NCBI GenBank assembly: GCA_028873295.1
Contig: JAGWKO010000004.1
Coordinates: 1-47,923 of the forward strand
DNA length: 47,923 nucleotides
Direction: 5' to 3'
DNA from: Verrucomicrobiota bacterium
GTDB taxonomy: Bacteria; Chlamydiota; Chlamydiia; Chlamydiales; SM23-39
This document shows, in pieces, positions 1 to 9,925 of this stretch. The notes under the pieces are model-generated. The model searched no databases. It was not told the origin of the DNA and was given only the letters and a program-made list of their open reading frames with translations. The stretch's first letter is position 1. Every line of letters starts with the position of its first letter. A program made the translations under genes and the position numbers.

Positions 1-69
1 ACCGACGAGCTTTTCAAGTTGAGCTTTTTCTTCAACGGACGCTTCTATTTTTATCGCTATTCTGGGCAT
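1..69 (-). CDS. IS630-family transposase, N-terminal fragment (partial)
   Basis: Hand translation MPRIAIKIEASVEEKAQLEKLVG resembles the IS630 N-terminus pattern 'M.R.A..I.L..EE...LE.LV'. Confidence 0.6.
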   Translation of the reverse strand, partial: MPRIAIKIEASVEEKAQLEKLVG

Positions 70-148
70 ATGCTCTCCAAATCATAATGAAGGAAGCATC
101 TTACCAGAACAAAAAAATACTTTAACGAATTTAGTTAACTAGACACTA
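1..148 (-). mobile_element. Left end of IS630-family insertion sequence (runs off window)
   Basis: Minus strand reads CTAGTGTCTAGTTAACTAAATTCG from 149, a terminal-repeat-like end at a CTAG/TA target (TA at 147-148). It is followed by a transposase-like ORF start at 69. Confidence 0.6.
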
Positions 149-165
149 GTTCTTGCTGTCAACTC

Positions 166-399
166 TTGAGGTTGTTTGTGTATACCGGCCCTATATGTCA
201 ATACTATAAAGGCGTTTTTATAGAGCAATGGGATGGGGCAGATTTTTTCTTCCCTGAAAATAATTTCCATATTTTTATCACTCAAAGAGCAGCTAGTATA
301 CTAAAAGAAGAAAAAATCACTAACCTGGAGTTAGAAAATTCTTCTGAATATGAGATCGAGGTTCGTTATGTAAACAGGAGGTATCTTCCGGGTACTTGA
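166..399 (+). pseudogene. C-terminal remnant of an Imm11/DUF1629-like protein
   Basis: TGPICQYYKG...WDGADFF...IFITQRAASILKEEKITNLELEN resembles the C-terminus of this family. There is no good start or RBS, and the 5' part is replaced by the IS end. Confidence 0.45.
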
Positions 400-425
400 C
401 TTCTGGATTTTTCCTCTTCTATAAT
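396..425 (+). promoter_or_regulatory. sigma66/sigma70-type promoter for htrA
   Basis: TTGACT (396-401), 18 nt spacer, TATAAT (420-425), 22 nt before the ATG. Confidence 0.65.
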
Positions 426-447
426 TTCCAGAAAAAGTGAGTGTCCC

Positions 448-1893
448 ATGGTAAAAACGAGATCTCTACTCTTCTCTGCTCTCAGCCTTGTTTCTCTTGC
501 AGCTGCTCCCCTTTACAGCGAGCAGGCAGCAACTCTTTCTCCCCTTACTCTGTTAGAGCAAACATCGCAAGCCTTCACAAGTATTGCCGAGCAGGCGATG
601 CCAGCCACTGTCTACATCAAATCAGAAATCCAGCAGCAACAACAGGAAGGGCTCTCTTTTGACCCCTTCCAGGATGACTTTTTTCGCCACTTTTTCGGAG
701 GCGGTGGTCCCTTTCCCTTTCACCAACAGCAGCCACAACAAAATCCCCCGCAACCTCAACTTGCAGGAGGCTCCGGTTTTCTCATCACAGCAGATGGCTA
801 TCTTGTGACAAACAACCACGTCATCAAAGATGCAACGCACATTACCGTCATCTTGAACGATGGAAGAGAATATGAAGCGACAGTAAAGGGAAGCGATCCG
901 CGCACCGATCTTGCAGTGCTTAAAATTGAGGACAAAAATCTCCCCTTCCTCACCTTTGGAGATTCCGACCAACTCAAGATTGGAGAACTTGCGATTGCAA
1001 TTGGCAACCCCTTTGGCATTGGCGCTACGCTGACTATGGGAGTCATCAGTGCAAAGGGAAGGCAGGATCTCGGCATTGCAGCCTATGAAGATTTCATTCA
1101 GACAGATGCAGCGATCAATCCTGGTAATTCAGGAGGACCTCTCCTCAACATTCGCGGCGAAGTGATCGGAGTAAATACTGCAATCTATACGCGCAGTGGC
1201 GGCTATATGGGCATTGGCCTCTCCATCCCGAGCCAAATGGCGCAAAACGTCATTGATCAGATTCTGGACCATGGCACCGTGCAACGCGGCTATCTCGGCA
1301 TCAGACTCCAACCGGTCGACAAAGATTTGGCAGAAGCTCTTGGACTTGAGAGTCAGGAAGGAGCTCTAGTCTCTGATGTTCTAAAGGACTCCGCAGCGAG
1401 CAAAGCCGGTCTGCAGGCAGGAGACGTGGTTCTGCAGTGCAATGGCAAAACAGTAAAAAATGTATCAAAGCTGCGCAATGACATCGGCATGATGAGCCCT
1501 GGCCAGGAAATTGCACTCGTAATCATGAGAGATGGAGAAAAGGTAACTCTGAAAGCTACCCTTAGCGCTCTTGATGGTGCAGAAATTGCTTCTGCCGAGA
1601 CATTACAAAAACTTGGCATTGAAATTGAAGACCTCTCTGTCGAACAGGCCGAGCGCGTTGGCTACAACGGCGTCCTCATCACTCAAGTGAAGAATGGATC
1701 ATCCGCTGCTGCCGCAGGCCTCAGAAAAGGCCTCATCATCACAGGAGTTGCTGTAAAGGGCAATCAGCAAAAAAGCGTGAAAAATGTGTCAGAACTGGAG
1801 GATGCTCTCAAGGGAGTCGCGGGAAATAAATACCTGATCCTCATTATCCGTCAGCAAAACTTCCAGCGCTACTACACCCTTAAGTTACAATAA
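448..1893 (+). CDS. htrA: HtrA/DegP periplasmic serine endoprotease with two PDZ domains
   Basis: Signal peptide; TNNHV, DLAVLK and GNSGGPL catalytic triad motifs; two PDZ domains. Confidence 0.97.
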   Translation: MVKTRSLLFSALSLVSLAAAPLYSEQAATLSPLTLLEQTSQAFTSIAEQAMPATVYIKSEIQQQQQEGLSFDPFQDDFFRHFFGGGGPFPFHQQQPQQNPPQPQLAGGSGFLITADGYLVTNNHVIKDATHITVILNDGREYEATVKGSDPRTDLAVLKIEDKNLPFLTFGDSDQLKIGELAIAIGNPFGIGATLTMGVISAKGRQDLGIAAYEDFIQTDAAINPGNSGGPLLNIRGEVIGVNTAIYTRSGGYMGIGLSIPSQMAQNVIDQILDHGTVQRGYLGIRLQPVDKDLAEALGLESQEGALVSDVLKDSAASKAGLQAGDVVLQCNGKTVKNVSKLRNDIGMMSPGQEIALVIMRDGEKVTLKATLSALDGAEIASAETLQKLGIEIEDLSVEQAERVGYNGVLITQVKNGSSAAAAGLRKGLIITGVAVKGNQQKSVKNVSELEDALKGVAGNKYLILIIRQQNFQRYYTLKLQ

Positions 1894-1909
1894 GGTATTC
1901 ATCATTCAC

Positions 1910-1970
1910 ATTGACGGTTAATTTAATATGTGAAATTATGTTACTCACATAAATAACATAAACCGTCAAT
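1910..1970. repeat. Nested inverted repeats in AT-rich region upstream of F-box gene
   Basis: ATTGACGGTT (1910-1919) pairs with AACCGTCAAT (1961-1970); inner TATGTGA (1927-1933) pairs with TCACATA (1945-1951). Confidence 0.7.
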
Positions 1971-1973
1971 AAT

Positions 1974-3818
1974 ATGAATAATTTGACAAACATCACATCG
2001 TCTCATAACCTGACATTGCGTCTGCCGGTAGAATTGGAATATCCGGCAGACCAACCCGAACAAAAGAGGATAGATCTACTCAATATCCTGTCTATTAATC
2101 TTTTCAACAACATTTTCAGCTACCTGACAACCTCCGATCTTGCCCGCTGGGGAGTAGGTTGCAAGGAGATGCATGCACATGTCTCCTATTACACAAAGGG
2201 CTACACCAATATCTGGAGAGAGACTCTCCTCTCCACGCTGGAAATCAGGCGCCTCACTCCGGAATCGGCAATAACTCCAGAGGGGTTGGGGTCAGCCATC
2301 ATCAATACACCACTCCTGAAGCGTCTGGAAGTCACCAGGATCGTAGCCGGCATTCCTCCAGAATTAAAAAATGAGGTGGCTTTCCAGATATGCAAGGGAT
2401 CTGTCTCAAGAGAGAAAGTTAAGGCATTGCTACTCCTCGGAGCATTTGAGAAGGCATTCCAGGCCGCAAAAGAGTTACCGGAAGACAAGAGTTGGACATC
2501 TCTGGAGACCATAGTTCTTGCAATGGCATATACAGGCCGCAATCTGGAAGAGCAATTCCTGATTGCAAAAGCGCTGGAAGTTCATATACGTGGCGATTTT
2601 GCCAGGGAAGATATCATCGACGCAATGGCTGGAGCGGAGGACCTAGGCCTGATACAGCTGTTTGGCATGGTAAAAAGAATACAAAGTACTGACTCCCGCG
2701 ATAGAATTTTGGACAAAGTCGCACGAAGACTAAGTGAAAAAGGCGCAAGTTTGGAGGATCTGCTTGCAATCACATATAGGATCAACGAGAGAGATACATA
2801 CAACATGGTTCTGCGCCGCATCCTTGACGTAATGGCTCAAAGAGGTGCAGGGTTAGAGGACCTGGTTGCAATCGCAGGTCGAATGCAAGACAGGAGTAGT
2901 TGCAATTCAGCGTTGGTCAAAATCGCTGACACAATGTCTCAAAGAAGCGCAAGTCCAGAGGATTTGCTTCAATTCATTACGGACAGGATAGAGGATGAGC
3001 TCTATCGCAATGAGGCCTTAGTTTGCGTTGCTTGTGCGAAGGCTCAAAGAAGTGCAACTCCAGAGGAGTTGTGTCGGTTCATCAAAGACAAGATCCGGAA
3101 CACGCAGATTCGTGACCAGGCCTTATCTGAGGGTATCTGCACGATGGCTCAAAGAGGCGCCAGCGCACCACGATTGCTTGCATTCATCAAGAGTAGTATA
3201 CAAAACCAATACGAGCGTGACTCTCTTTTGTATAATCTCTCTAAAATAATAGCAGCCCGAAGCGAGAGTGCACAGGAGCCGCTACTCATTGCAGCAGAGA
3301 TCAAGAGTGACTATTTCTACCATGCTGCGTTACGCGGCATCGCAAGAGAAAGAGCGGCAAGAGGCGCGACCTCAAGGGGACTGTTGCAGATCGCAAATGC
3401 GATCAACAATCCGACACTACGCGAGGAGGCTTTGAAGGATGCTGCCACGGAAATAGCCGGACGAAGCGCAGACGTAGCAGAATTATTCACTATTACAGAT
3501 GAGATAGGAGACCCGGTAACACGCGACATGACTTTCAGAAACGCCGCGATACAAAGAGCTATCCACAACGAGAACCCGAAAGATCTGCTTTCTATTGTAA
3601 CCAGAATCTCAGATGAAAACCGGCGCAACAACGCTCTATGCGATATTGTACAGAAAATGGCGGGGCAGGGCGCGAGCTTGGAAAACCTATTTATCGTCGC
3701 AAGTGAGATACAGGATGAAGAACGGCGCAGTTTTACTTTGAGCAACAGAATTGCAAGAGAGATGTTCTTCTCAAAGCGCTATAGTAAAGAAGAGCTTCTA
3801 AGCGTCCTGACCTCGTAA
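1974..3818 (+). CDS. F-box-like protein with ~38-aa helical (TPR/HEAT-like) repeats; putative effector, paralog 1
   Basis: LNILSINLFNNIFSYLTTSDLARWGVGCKEM is F-box-like. About 11 repeats of RDxALxxIAxxMAxRGASxEELLxIAxxIxD follow. Confidence 0.8.
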   Translation: MNNLTNITSSHNLTLRLPVELEYPADQPEQKRIDLLNILSINLFNNIFSYLTTSDLARWGVGCKEMHAHVSYYTKGYTNIWRETLLSTLEIRRLTPESAITPEGLGSAIINTPLLKRLEVTRIVAGIPPELKNEVAFQICKGSVSREKVKALLLLGAFEKAFQAAKELPEDKSWTSLETIVLAMAYTGRNLEEQFLIAKALEVHIRGDFAREDIIDAMAGAEDLGLIQLFGMVKRIQSTDSRDRILDKVARRLSEKGASLEDLLAITYRINERDTYNMVLRRILDVMAQRGAGLEDLVAIAGRMQDRSSCNSALVKIADTMSQRSASPEDLLQFITDRIEDELYRNEALVCVACAKAQRSATPEELCRFIKDKIRNTQIRDQALSEGICTMAQRGASAPRLLAFIKSSIQNQYERDSLLYNLSKIIAARSESAQEPLLIAAEIKSDYFYHAALRGIARERAARGATSRGLLQIANAINNPTLREEALKDAATEIAGRSADVAELFTITDEIGDPVTRDMTFRNAAIQRAIHNENPKDLLSIVTRISDENRRNNALCDIVQKMAGQGASLENLFIVASEIQDEERRSFTLSNRIAREMFFSKRYSKEELLSVLTS

Positions 3819-4961
3819 AGTTCTCCGCATATCGCGGACAAATTCCTGAAACTCGGGCGCCTGCTGCAAGCTGGCAAAAGCGCTTTCCCCCAAAAGAGCA
3901 TCCAACTCAAGTCCCCCATACTGCCATGCTGTTTGCAGCCAGCCTCCGGCGGGCTTTGCCTGGCCCAAATGCGCAAAAGCGCGCGCATTGCGCAAAGCGA
4001 CCTCTTGTGTTGCCTGGAGTTGATAGCAATCGCTGGAGAGGCGCGCGATCAGAGCATAGTTCTCCGCCTTCTCTGCCAACCTGTGCAAAAGAGGAAGTCC
4101 CTCAGGAGAAAGGCGATCCTGTAGCGCAAAAAGCCTTTCATAAGCCTTTTTATGATCCCCCTCCTCTTCGTCAAGAAAGGCGAGGTAGTGCGCAGCGCCT
4201 GTTGCAAAAACACCCTCATCCCCTTTTTTTAAAATTTCTTCAAAAAAAGCTCTTGCCTCCTCTTTTTTCCCCTCTTTAAGGGCCTTTTCCCCCTTAATCA
4301 TCTCTCCTTGCAAAAGATCATCGCGATCTTCCTTCTTGACAAAACGGCTCTTTCGCCAGGCGTCAAAGCTCTCAAAAGCAAAGAGAAAAAAGATGGCTCC
4401 TGCAAGAAATGCGCGAATGACAAAGCAACCGAGGGCAAGAACAGTTGCAAGAATAGCCCCAATCAAAAGAGAGGCTTTAAACCCCTTCACTCCAAAGGCA
4501 GCTTCAAGAGCAATGCGCAAAAGCTGCCCTCCATCCATTGGAAGGATGGGGAGAAGGTTGACAACTGTCCAAAAGAGGTTTGCCACCTGGATGGCGCGCA
4601 GAATAGCCGTAAAGGGAGGAGTAGCAACATGGAGAGAAAGAAGAAAGGTCGCTCCGAGAAAAAGAAAAAAACCGAAGAGCGGGCCGTTAAAAGTGATCAG
4701 GAACTGCTGCCAAAAACGAAGGCGCGGTCCTTCATAAGAGGTAAGACCTCCAAGGGCAACGAGGCGAATCTCCGTCTTTTGTCGAAAGAGAAGAGCAGTG
4801 AGAGCATGGCCAAATTCATGAATAAGAACGGAGATAAAGACAATGCCAATCCAGATCAGGGTGCCCACAAGAGTGTAGCTGAAGGTCCACCCGATCAGAG
4901 CAGCAACAACCCAGAAGAGAGGGTGTATCGAAATAGGTATCTTTCCAGGAATAACGATCAC
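3798..4961 (-). CDS. Site-2 protease (peptidase M50) with TPR-like C-terminus
   Basis: HEFGH zinc motif, [11 protein letters not shown] motif and multiple TM helices; 4-nt overlap with the sucD stop. Confidence 0.9.
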   Translation of the reverse strand: MIVIPGKIPISIHPLFWVVAALIGWTFSYTLVGTLIWIGIVFISVLIHEFGHALTALLFRQKTEIRLVALGGLTSYEGPRLRFWQQFLITFNGPLFGFFLFLGATFLLSLHVATPPFTAILRAIQVANLFWTVVNLLPILPMDGGQLLRIALEAAFGVKGFKASLLIGAILATVLALGCFVIRAFLAGAIFFLFAFESFDAWRKSRFVKKEDRDDLLQGEMIKGEKALKEGKKEEARAFFEEILKKGDEGVFATGAAHYLAFLDEEEGDHKKAYERLFALQDRLSPEGLPLLHRLAEKAENYALIARLSSDCYQLQATQEVALRNARAFAHLGQAKPAGGWLQTAWQYGGLELDALLGESAFASLQQAPEFQEFVRDMRRTLRGQDA

Positions 4962-5842
4962 TTGACCTCTTTTAATAGAGCCTCTTGCACAGCCTTGCCC
5001 ATCTCTGCGGGATTTTTCGTGACTACAGCGCCGATCTTGCGAAACGCCGCATATTTTTCATCCGCTCCGCCCTGACCTGCTGCAATGATAGCGCCTGCAT
5101 GTCCCATTCGTTTGCCTGCTGGCGCAGAGCTCCCTGCAATAAAAACGGCAAGAGGCTTTGTTCCATGAGCGCGCATCCACTCGGCTGCCTCTTCCTCAGC
5201 GCTGCCTCCGATCTCGCCAATCAACAGGATCGCCTTCGTCTCTGGATCGTTTTCAAATGCCTGAAGCACATCGATAAAATTGGTGCCATTCAGAGGGTCC
5301 CCTCCAATGCCAACACAGGTAGACTGCCCAAACCCCAGCTCTGTTGTTTGCCAAACCGCCTCATAGGTTAAAGTTCCAGATCGGGAGACAATACCTACCG
5401 AACCTTTTTTATGGATATAGCCAGGCATAATGCCAATCTTACACTCTCCTGGAGAGATGATGCCAGGACAGTTTGGTCCAATAAGGCGGGACTGTTTTGA
5501 GCGCCCCAGAACCTGCTTTACTTCCAGCATATCGCGAATCGGAATTCCTTCGGTAATGCAAATGATCAGGGGGATTTTCGCATCTTCTGCTTCCAAAATG
5601 GCATCAGCTGCAAAAGGAGCTGGGACAAAGATCACAGTAGCATCCGGATGCACGGCCTTTTGCGCTTCCTGGACTGTATCGAATACAGGGACGCCAAGTA
5701 GCTCTCCCCCTCCTTTTCCGGGAGTCACTCCCCCTACGAGTTTTGTACCATAGAGTTGGCACTGCTCTGCGTGAAACCGCCCCGCATGACCAGTCAATCC
5801 CTGAACAATGAGCCTTGTCTCTTTCCTTACCCAGATTGCCAT
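4958..5842 (-). CDS. sucD: Succinyl-CoA synthetase alpha subunit
   Basis: [15 protein letters not shown] and RMGHAGA (phospho-His) motifs. Confidence 0.98.
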   Translation of the reverse strand: MAIWVRKETRLIVQGLTGHAGRFHAEQCQLYGTKLVGGVTPGKGGGELLGVPVFDTVQEAQKAVHPDATVIFVPAPFAADAILEAEDAKIPLIICITEGIPIRDMLEVKQVLGRSKQSRLIGPNCPGIISPGECKIGIMPGYIHKKGSVGIVSRSGTLTYEAVWQTTELGFGQSTCVGIGGDPLNGTNFIDVLQAFENDPETKAILLIGEIGGSAEEEAAEWMRAHGTKPLAVFIAGSSAPAGKRMGHAGAIIAAGQGGADEKYAAFRKIGAVVTKNPAEMGKAVQEALLKEVK

Positions 5843-5852
5843 TTACGACCCC

Positions 5853-7022
5853 TTATGCTGACCTCTTTGCAGCCTTTACGGAAAATTCTGCAGCTTCCTG
5901 AAGCGTTGTTGCAGAGTGAATAGGAAACCTGCTCTTTTGAAAAAGAGCTCGCCCCTCCTCTGCATGTGTCCCCTCAAGTCGAACAACTAAAGGGAAATCG
6001 ATCTTTTGCTCTTCTGCGGCCTGCAGCACTCCCGCCGCAATAGTGGCGCAATTCATAATCCCGCCGAAAATATTGATAAGAATGACCCGCACTTTTGGAT
6101 CTGAGAGAATGATACGGAACCCCTCTGCCACCCTCTCTTTGGAAGCGCTCCCCCCCACATCGAGAAAATTGGCGGGTCTTCCTCCCAACAGTTGAATGAT
6201 ATCCATCGTGGCCATTGCAAGGCCTGCCCCATTCACCATGCATCCGATATCGCCCTCCATTGCAATGTAGGCAAGATCATATTCCCTTGCCTGAGCCTCC
6301 CCACGACTCACCTGGGTAGGATCAAAGAGCACACCAAAATCTTTGTGGCGAAAAAGAGCGTTATCATCGACAGAAAGTTTCGCATCGAGCGCAAAAAAAG
6401 CCCCCTCTTTTGTGCGCACTAACGGATTAATCTCCAAAAGGGAAGCATCTGTTTCCACAAAAGCTCGCGCCAGGCTCTGAATCAACTCCGTTCCCGCTCG
6501 CGCCTCCTCCCCATGCCAACCCAAAAATTTTGCAATCGCCACCCGATGATAGGAGCGCAGCCTGCCATCAAAAGAGAAGGGAATTTTCATGATCTTCTCA
6601 GGTCTTGTCTGGGCAATCTCCTCGATCTCCATCCCCCCCTCCGCAGAGACAATAAGAAGAGGAGTGCCGCGACTGCGATCGATCAAAGCGCTGACATAGT
6701 ACTCATTTGCAATCTCAAGTGGTTTGCTGATAAGAAGCTTATGAGCAACAACTCCTCCAGGGCCTGTCTGCGCATTAATAAGGCGCATTCCGAGCAGCTC
6801 CTTTCCCTTCGCTACAATCTCTGCAGGGCTTCTGGCAAACTGTACACCGCCTCCCTTTCCCCTACCGCCAGCATGAACCTGGATTTTGAGAACCGCCTCA
6901 GAAAGTCTCAAGCGATCAATGCACTCTATAAGCTCCTGAACAGTACCCGCAACTGCAAATTCTGGCACTGAAACCCCATAGGATTCTAAAATATTCTTCG
7001 CCTGATATTCGTGAAAGTTCAC
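5853..7022 (-). CDS. sucC: Succinyl-CoA synthetase beta subunit
   Basis: MNFHEYQAK, HAGGRGKGGGV, NGAGLAMATMD and NIFGGI motifs; GTG start. Confidence 0.98.
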   Translation of the reverse strand: MNFHEYQAKNILESYGVSVPEFAVAGTVQELIECIDRLRLSEAVLKIQVHAGGRGKGGGVQFARSPAEIVAKGKELLGMRLINAQTGPGGVVAHKLLISKPLEIANEYYVSALIDRSRGTPLLIVSAEGGMEIEEIAQTRPEKIMKIPFSFDGRLRSYHRVAIAKFLGWHGEEARAGTELIQSLARAFVETDASLLEINPLVRTKEGAFFALDAKLSVDDNALFRHKDFGVLFDPTQVSRGEAQAREYDLAYIAMEGDIGCMVNGAGLAMATMDIIQLLGGRPANFLDVGGSASKERVAEGFRIILSDPKVRVILINIFGGIMNCATIAAGVLQAAEEQKIDFPLVVRLEGTHAEEGRALFQKSRFPIHSATTLQEAAEFSVKAAKRSA

Positions 7023-7118
7023 ATCTCTCTCCGCAAGGGAACTCCTCTTGAACCTATCCTTGAATTTCCCTTTTTTTGCAATCCCCTTAAAAAAATAACA
7101 CCATACAACACATTAACA

Positions 7119-7158
7119 TTTACAAATATAAACACATAAGATATAATTTATTTGTAAA
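7119..7158 (+). promoter_or_regulatory. sigma66-type promoter bracketed by a 10-bp inverted repeat
   Basis: TTTACA (7119-7124), 17 nt spacer, TATAAT (7142-7147). TTTACAAATA (7119-7128) pairs with TATTTGTAAA (7149-7158). Confidence 0.6.
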
Positions 7159-7173
7159 ACATCAACATCCAAT

Positions 7174-8988
7174 ATGAACCTGTCTACAGCCATCATTTCA
7201 TACCCAAATCCAGCAAATGAGATCATGAGCGCGAAAAAAGAGGAGAAAAAGAGGGGCGTTGACAGACTCAGCAATCTGGACAGAGCCATCTCAACCATTA
7301 TTTTCTCCTATCTGGGGACTACCGACCTCGCTTGCTGCGAAAGGAGTTGCAAGACATTGAAGGCAAACATATTATACCATTCAAATGTCTATACAAAAAT
7401 CTGGAAAGAAACTCTTCTTCCAATGATGGGGGTTGAAAAGCCCATAATCGCTTCAGAGGAATTGGGGGCAACCATTCTGAACATGTCGACTCCGAATCGA
7501 GCCGCCATCTCCAGGATAGCAGCAAGCATTCCTCCAACATTGAAAAAAGAGATAGCCGACTGGATGACCGAAGATCCAGCATCGGAACTGAAAGTAAAAA
7601 CATTGACCTTTCTGGGGGCCTTTGATCAGGCAAGCCAGGTTGCAAACAGATTGCCGGAAGAGAAACGTCTCTTGTGTTTTTCAATCATAACGCTGGGGAT
7701 GACATATGCAGGCCGTGGCCCAAAGGAGCTGCTCGCAATCGCAAACAGATTAAAAAACAAGCTCCATCGCGAGCACGTGTTGGACGGAATCATAGAGGCG
7801 ATGCTTATAAGAGGCTCCAGGTTAGGGAATCTAATTACCATCGCAGAGAAGTTGCTGAACGGAGAGCTGCGCAACGCAAAATTACGCAACATTGTAAGAG
7901 TGATGAGTGCAAAGAGCATAAGTCCATGGAAGCTACTTGCGATTGCAGAGATGCTACGCAATGAGGTAATGCAGAATGAGATTTGGGGCGGTATTGCCAG
8001 AGGGATGGCCGAGGAAGGAATGTACCCAGAAAAACTGCTTGCGATCGTAAATAAGATACAAGACATAAGGCATCGCGACAATACCTTGCATGAGATCGTC
8101 AAGGTGATGGGCACAAAATGCGCGAGTGTAGAAGAGCTGTTTGCAAGCGCAGAAAAGATAGTGGATCAGGAAAAACGCGGTCTTGCTTTGTGCAAAGGCA
8201 TCAAAGAGATGGCCGCAAGAGGCAAAAATCCAGTAGAGCTTCTTGAATTCATCAAAACCAGGACAACAAGCAAATGGATTTATGCAGAGGTTTTGACCGG
8301 CATTATAGAGGCGCTGGCTGCAAGAGGGGATGAGTTGGAGTGGTTATTTACAATCGCAAAGACAATACGAAGCGGGTCTACCTATGATGCGCTCCTTTTC
8401 AGAACTGCCCGTGCAATGCTTACAAGAGACGCGAGCTCAACGGAGCTGCTTGCGATTGCAAATAGAACACAAAATACAAACTCCCGCGATACAGTTTTGC
8501 GCGACATCACAAATGCGATGACCACAAGTGGCTCGCGGCTGGAGGAGATATGGGCAATTGCACATGAGATACAGGACCCTGCGTATCGCGATTGCGCTTT
8601 AGGCTACATTGCAAAAGCGATGGCCACAAAAGGCTCGCAGCTGGAAGAGTTGCTTGGCTTCATGACAAATTCAATCCAAACTCCATTGCAGCGCAATGAG
8701 GCCTGGATCGAAGTTGCCCACGTAATGGCTGCAAGAGGAGAAAGACCGGAAAAGCTGCTTGAAGCCACCAATAGGATAAACCCAAGCCCAGGCCAGCGCT
8801 ACCGCGCTTTACAGAGAATTGTTCAAGCAATGGCCGGAAGAGGCGCCTCTCAGGAGGAGCTCCTTGTGATCGCAAATGAGATAACAGACAAGGGACAACT
8901 CCAGGAGACTATGCGCAGAGTTGCAAGCAAAATAGCCTCTTTGGACTGCTACAGCAAAGAGGACATTCTGAGCATCCTGACTATGTGA
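7174..8988 (+). CDS. F-box-like protein with ~38-aa helical repeats; putative effector, paralog 2
   Basis: LSNLDRAISTIIFSYLGTTDLACCERSCKTL is F-box-like. Alignable end to end with 1974..3818 (IWKETLL, IPP.LK.E, LGAF, C-terminal YSKE.IL). Confidence 0.8.
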   Translation: MNLSTAIISYPNPANEIMSAKKEEKKRGVDRLSNLDRAISTIIFSYLGTTDLACCERSCKTLKANILYHSNVYTKIWKETLLPMMGVEKPIIASEELGATILNMSTPNRAAISRIAASIPPTLKKEIADWMTEDPASELKVKTLTFLGAFDQASQVANRLPEEKRLLCFSIITLGMTYAGRGPKELLAIANRLKNKLHREHVLDGIIEAMLIRGSRLGNLITIAEKLLNGELRNAKLRNIVRVMSAKSISPWKLLAIAEMLRNEVMQNEIWGGIARGMAEEGMYPEKLLAIVNKIQDIRHRDNTLHEIVKVMGTKCASVEELFASAEKIVDQEKRGLALCKGIKEMAARGKNPVELLEFIKTRTTSKWIYAEVLTGIIEALAARGDELEWLFTIAKTIRSGSTYDALLFRTARAMLTRDASSTELLAIANRTQNTNSRDTVLRDITNAMTTSGSRLEEIWAIAHEIQDPAYRDCALGYIAKAMATKGSQLEELLGFMTNSIQTPLQRNEAWIEVAHVMAARGERPEKLLEATNRINPSPGQRYRALQRIVQAMAGRGASQEELLVIANEITDKGQLQETMRRVASKIASLDCYSKEDILSILTM

Positions 8989-9925
8989 TCACGGAAGGTT
9001 CATACTCAAATCTTTTACGAGCCGCTGTCATGCGAGCCTTCAGCTCTTCACCGCATGCCGCAGTAATGCAGTTGCCCCGAAGATCGAGTTTCCAAAACTT
9101 TGGTTTTGTAATCACGGCATTCACAAGGGCCGTTGCAGCCGCATCATCAATCTTGTTGAATTGCCACGAGAACACGTTCCTTTTGTTTTGATGAGACGTC
9201 TCCACGAACCAGTTTTCCATAGCATTGGGATTTGAAAGATCGATTTGCTTTACGGCGCTATTTTCCTGATGGGTCAGAGCTGTTGCAAGATGCGCGGCCT
9301 CTTCGCTTGTTATGCAATTATGAGGGAAGTACAGCTCAGAAACTGTTGTATTGCTGTGCAAAGCATTAGCGATGCGTTCCATTGAACTGTGCATCTTGCG
9401 ATTGCAAATAGAAATCGAGCTCAGATTCGCATCGTTATTTTGCAAGAATTCCTCTATGAGTTGAGTGTTTTCTTCTGTAAGGTTCACGCCGCTTCTCCAC
9501 GGCTCAAGGCGATGAAAAAAAGCGCACAGACGTAGATGACCCCCTCGAATTGTGGGAACTTCTGTCCTCGACCACTCGCTCTCACCGATTTCACTACGCC
9601 AGTCATCAAACTGGGACTCAAATCTGCGCTCAATAATTCCCTGCGCAACACTCCAGTTTCTATTGGTGAGGGACTGTCGCATCGTTCCCCAATGCGCTTG
9701 GGCAACTTCGTACAAATACCTGCAAGTCGTAGCAAGCTCCCTGAAATGTTTCGGAGGAGAAAATGTACCACGTCCCCAACTATAGCCTATCTCCCGTCCC
9801 AAAGCTAGGAGATCCGCCTCTTCGTCAAGCCGCAAAAAACAACGACAGTCTTCCTCTGAAACCAAAAAACTATACACAGAACGCAGACAGTCTGCGCTGA
9901 GACTTAATAAAGATGATGACGCCAT
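8981..9925 (-). CDS. F-box-like plus RNI-type leucine-rich repeat protein; putative effector
   Basis: N-terminal LLSLSADCLRSVYSFL; LRRs ALHSNTTVSELYFPHNCITSEEAAHLATAL, NKIDDAAATAL and LDLRGNCIT. Confidence 0.65.
   Translation of the reverse strand: MASSSLLSLSADCLRSVYSFLVSEEDCRCFLRLDEEADLLALGREIGYSWGRGTFSPPKHFRELATTCRYLYEVAQAHWGTMRQSLTNRNWSVAQGIIERRFESQFDDWRSEIGESEWSRTEVPTIRGGHLRLCAFFHRLEPWRSGVNLTEENTQLIEEFLQNNDANLSSISICNRKMHSSMERIANALHSNTTVSELYFPHNCITSEEAAHLATALTHQENSAVKQIDLSNPNAMENWFVETSHQNKRNVFSWQFNKIDDAAATALVNAVITKPKFWKLDLRGNCITAACGEELKARMTAARKRFEYEPSVIT

Noticed and set aside
625-760. Gln-rich stretch in HtrA
   Set aside because: Ordinary variable linker of DegP/DegQ proteases.
1910-1970. 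Integron attC site or CRP box
   Set aside because: The GTT/AAC order is opposite to attC and no integrase is present; the TGTGA-TCACA spacing is 11, not 6.
1974-3818. TAL-effector-like or PPR nucleic-acid-binding repeats
   Set aside because: Repeats are ~38 aa, highly divergent and lack TALE or PPR consensus; a TPR/HEAT-like solenoid fits better.
4308-5075. 255-aa Lys-rich plus-strand ORF
   Set aside because: Shadow of the membrane M50 protease gene.
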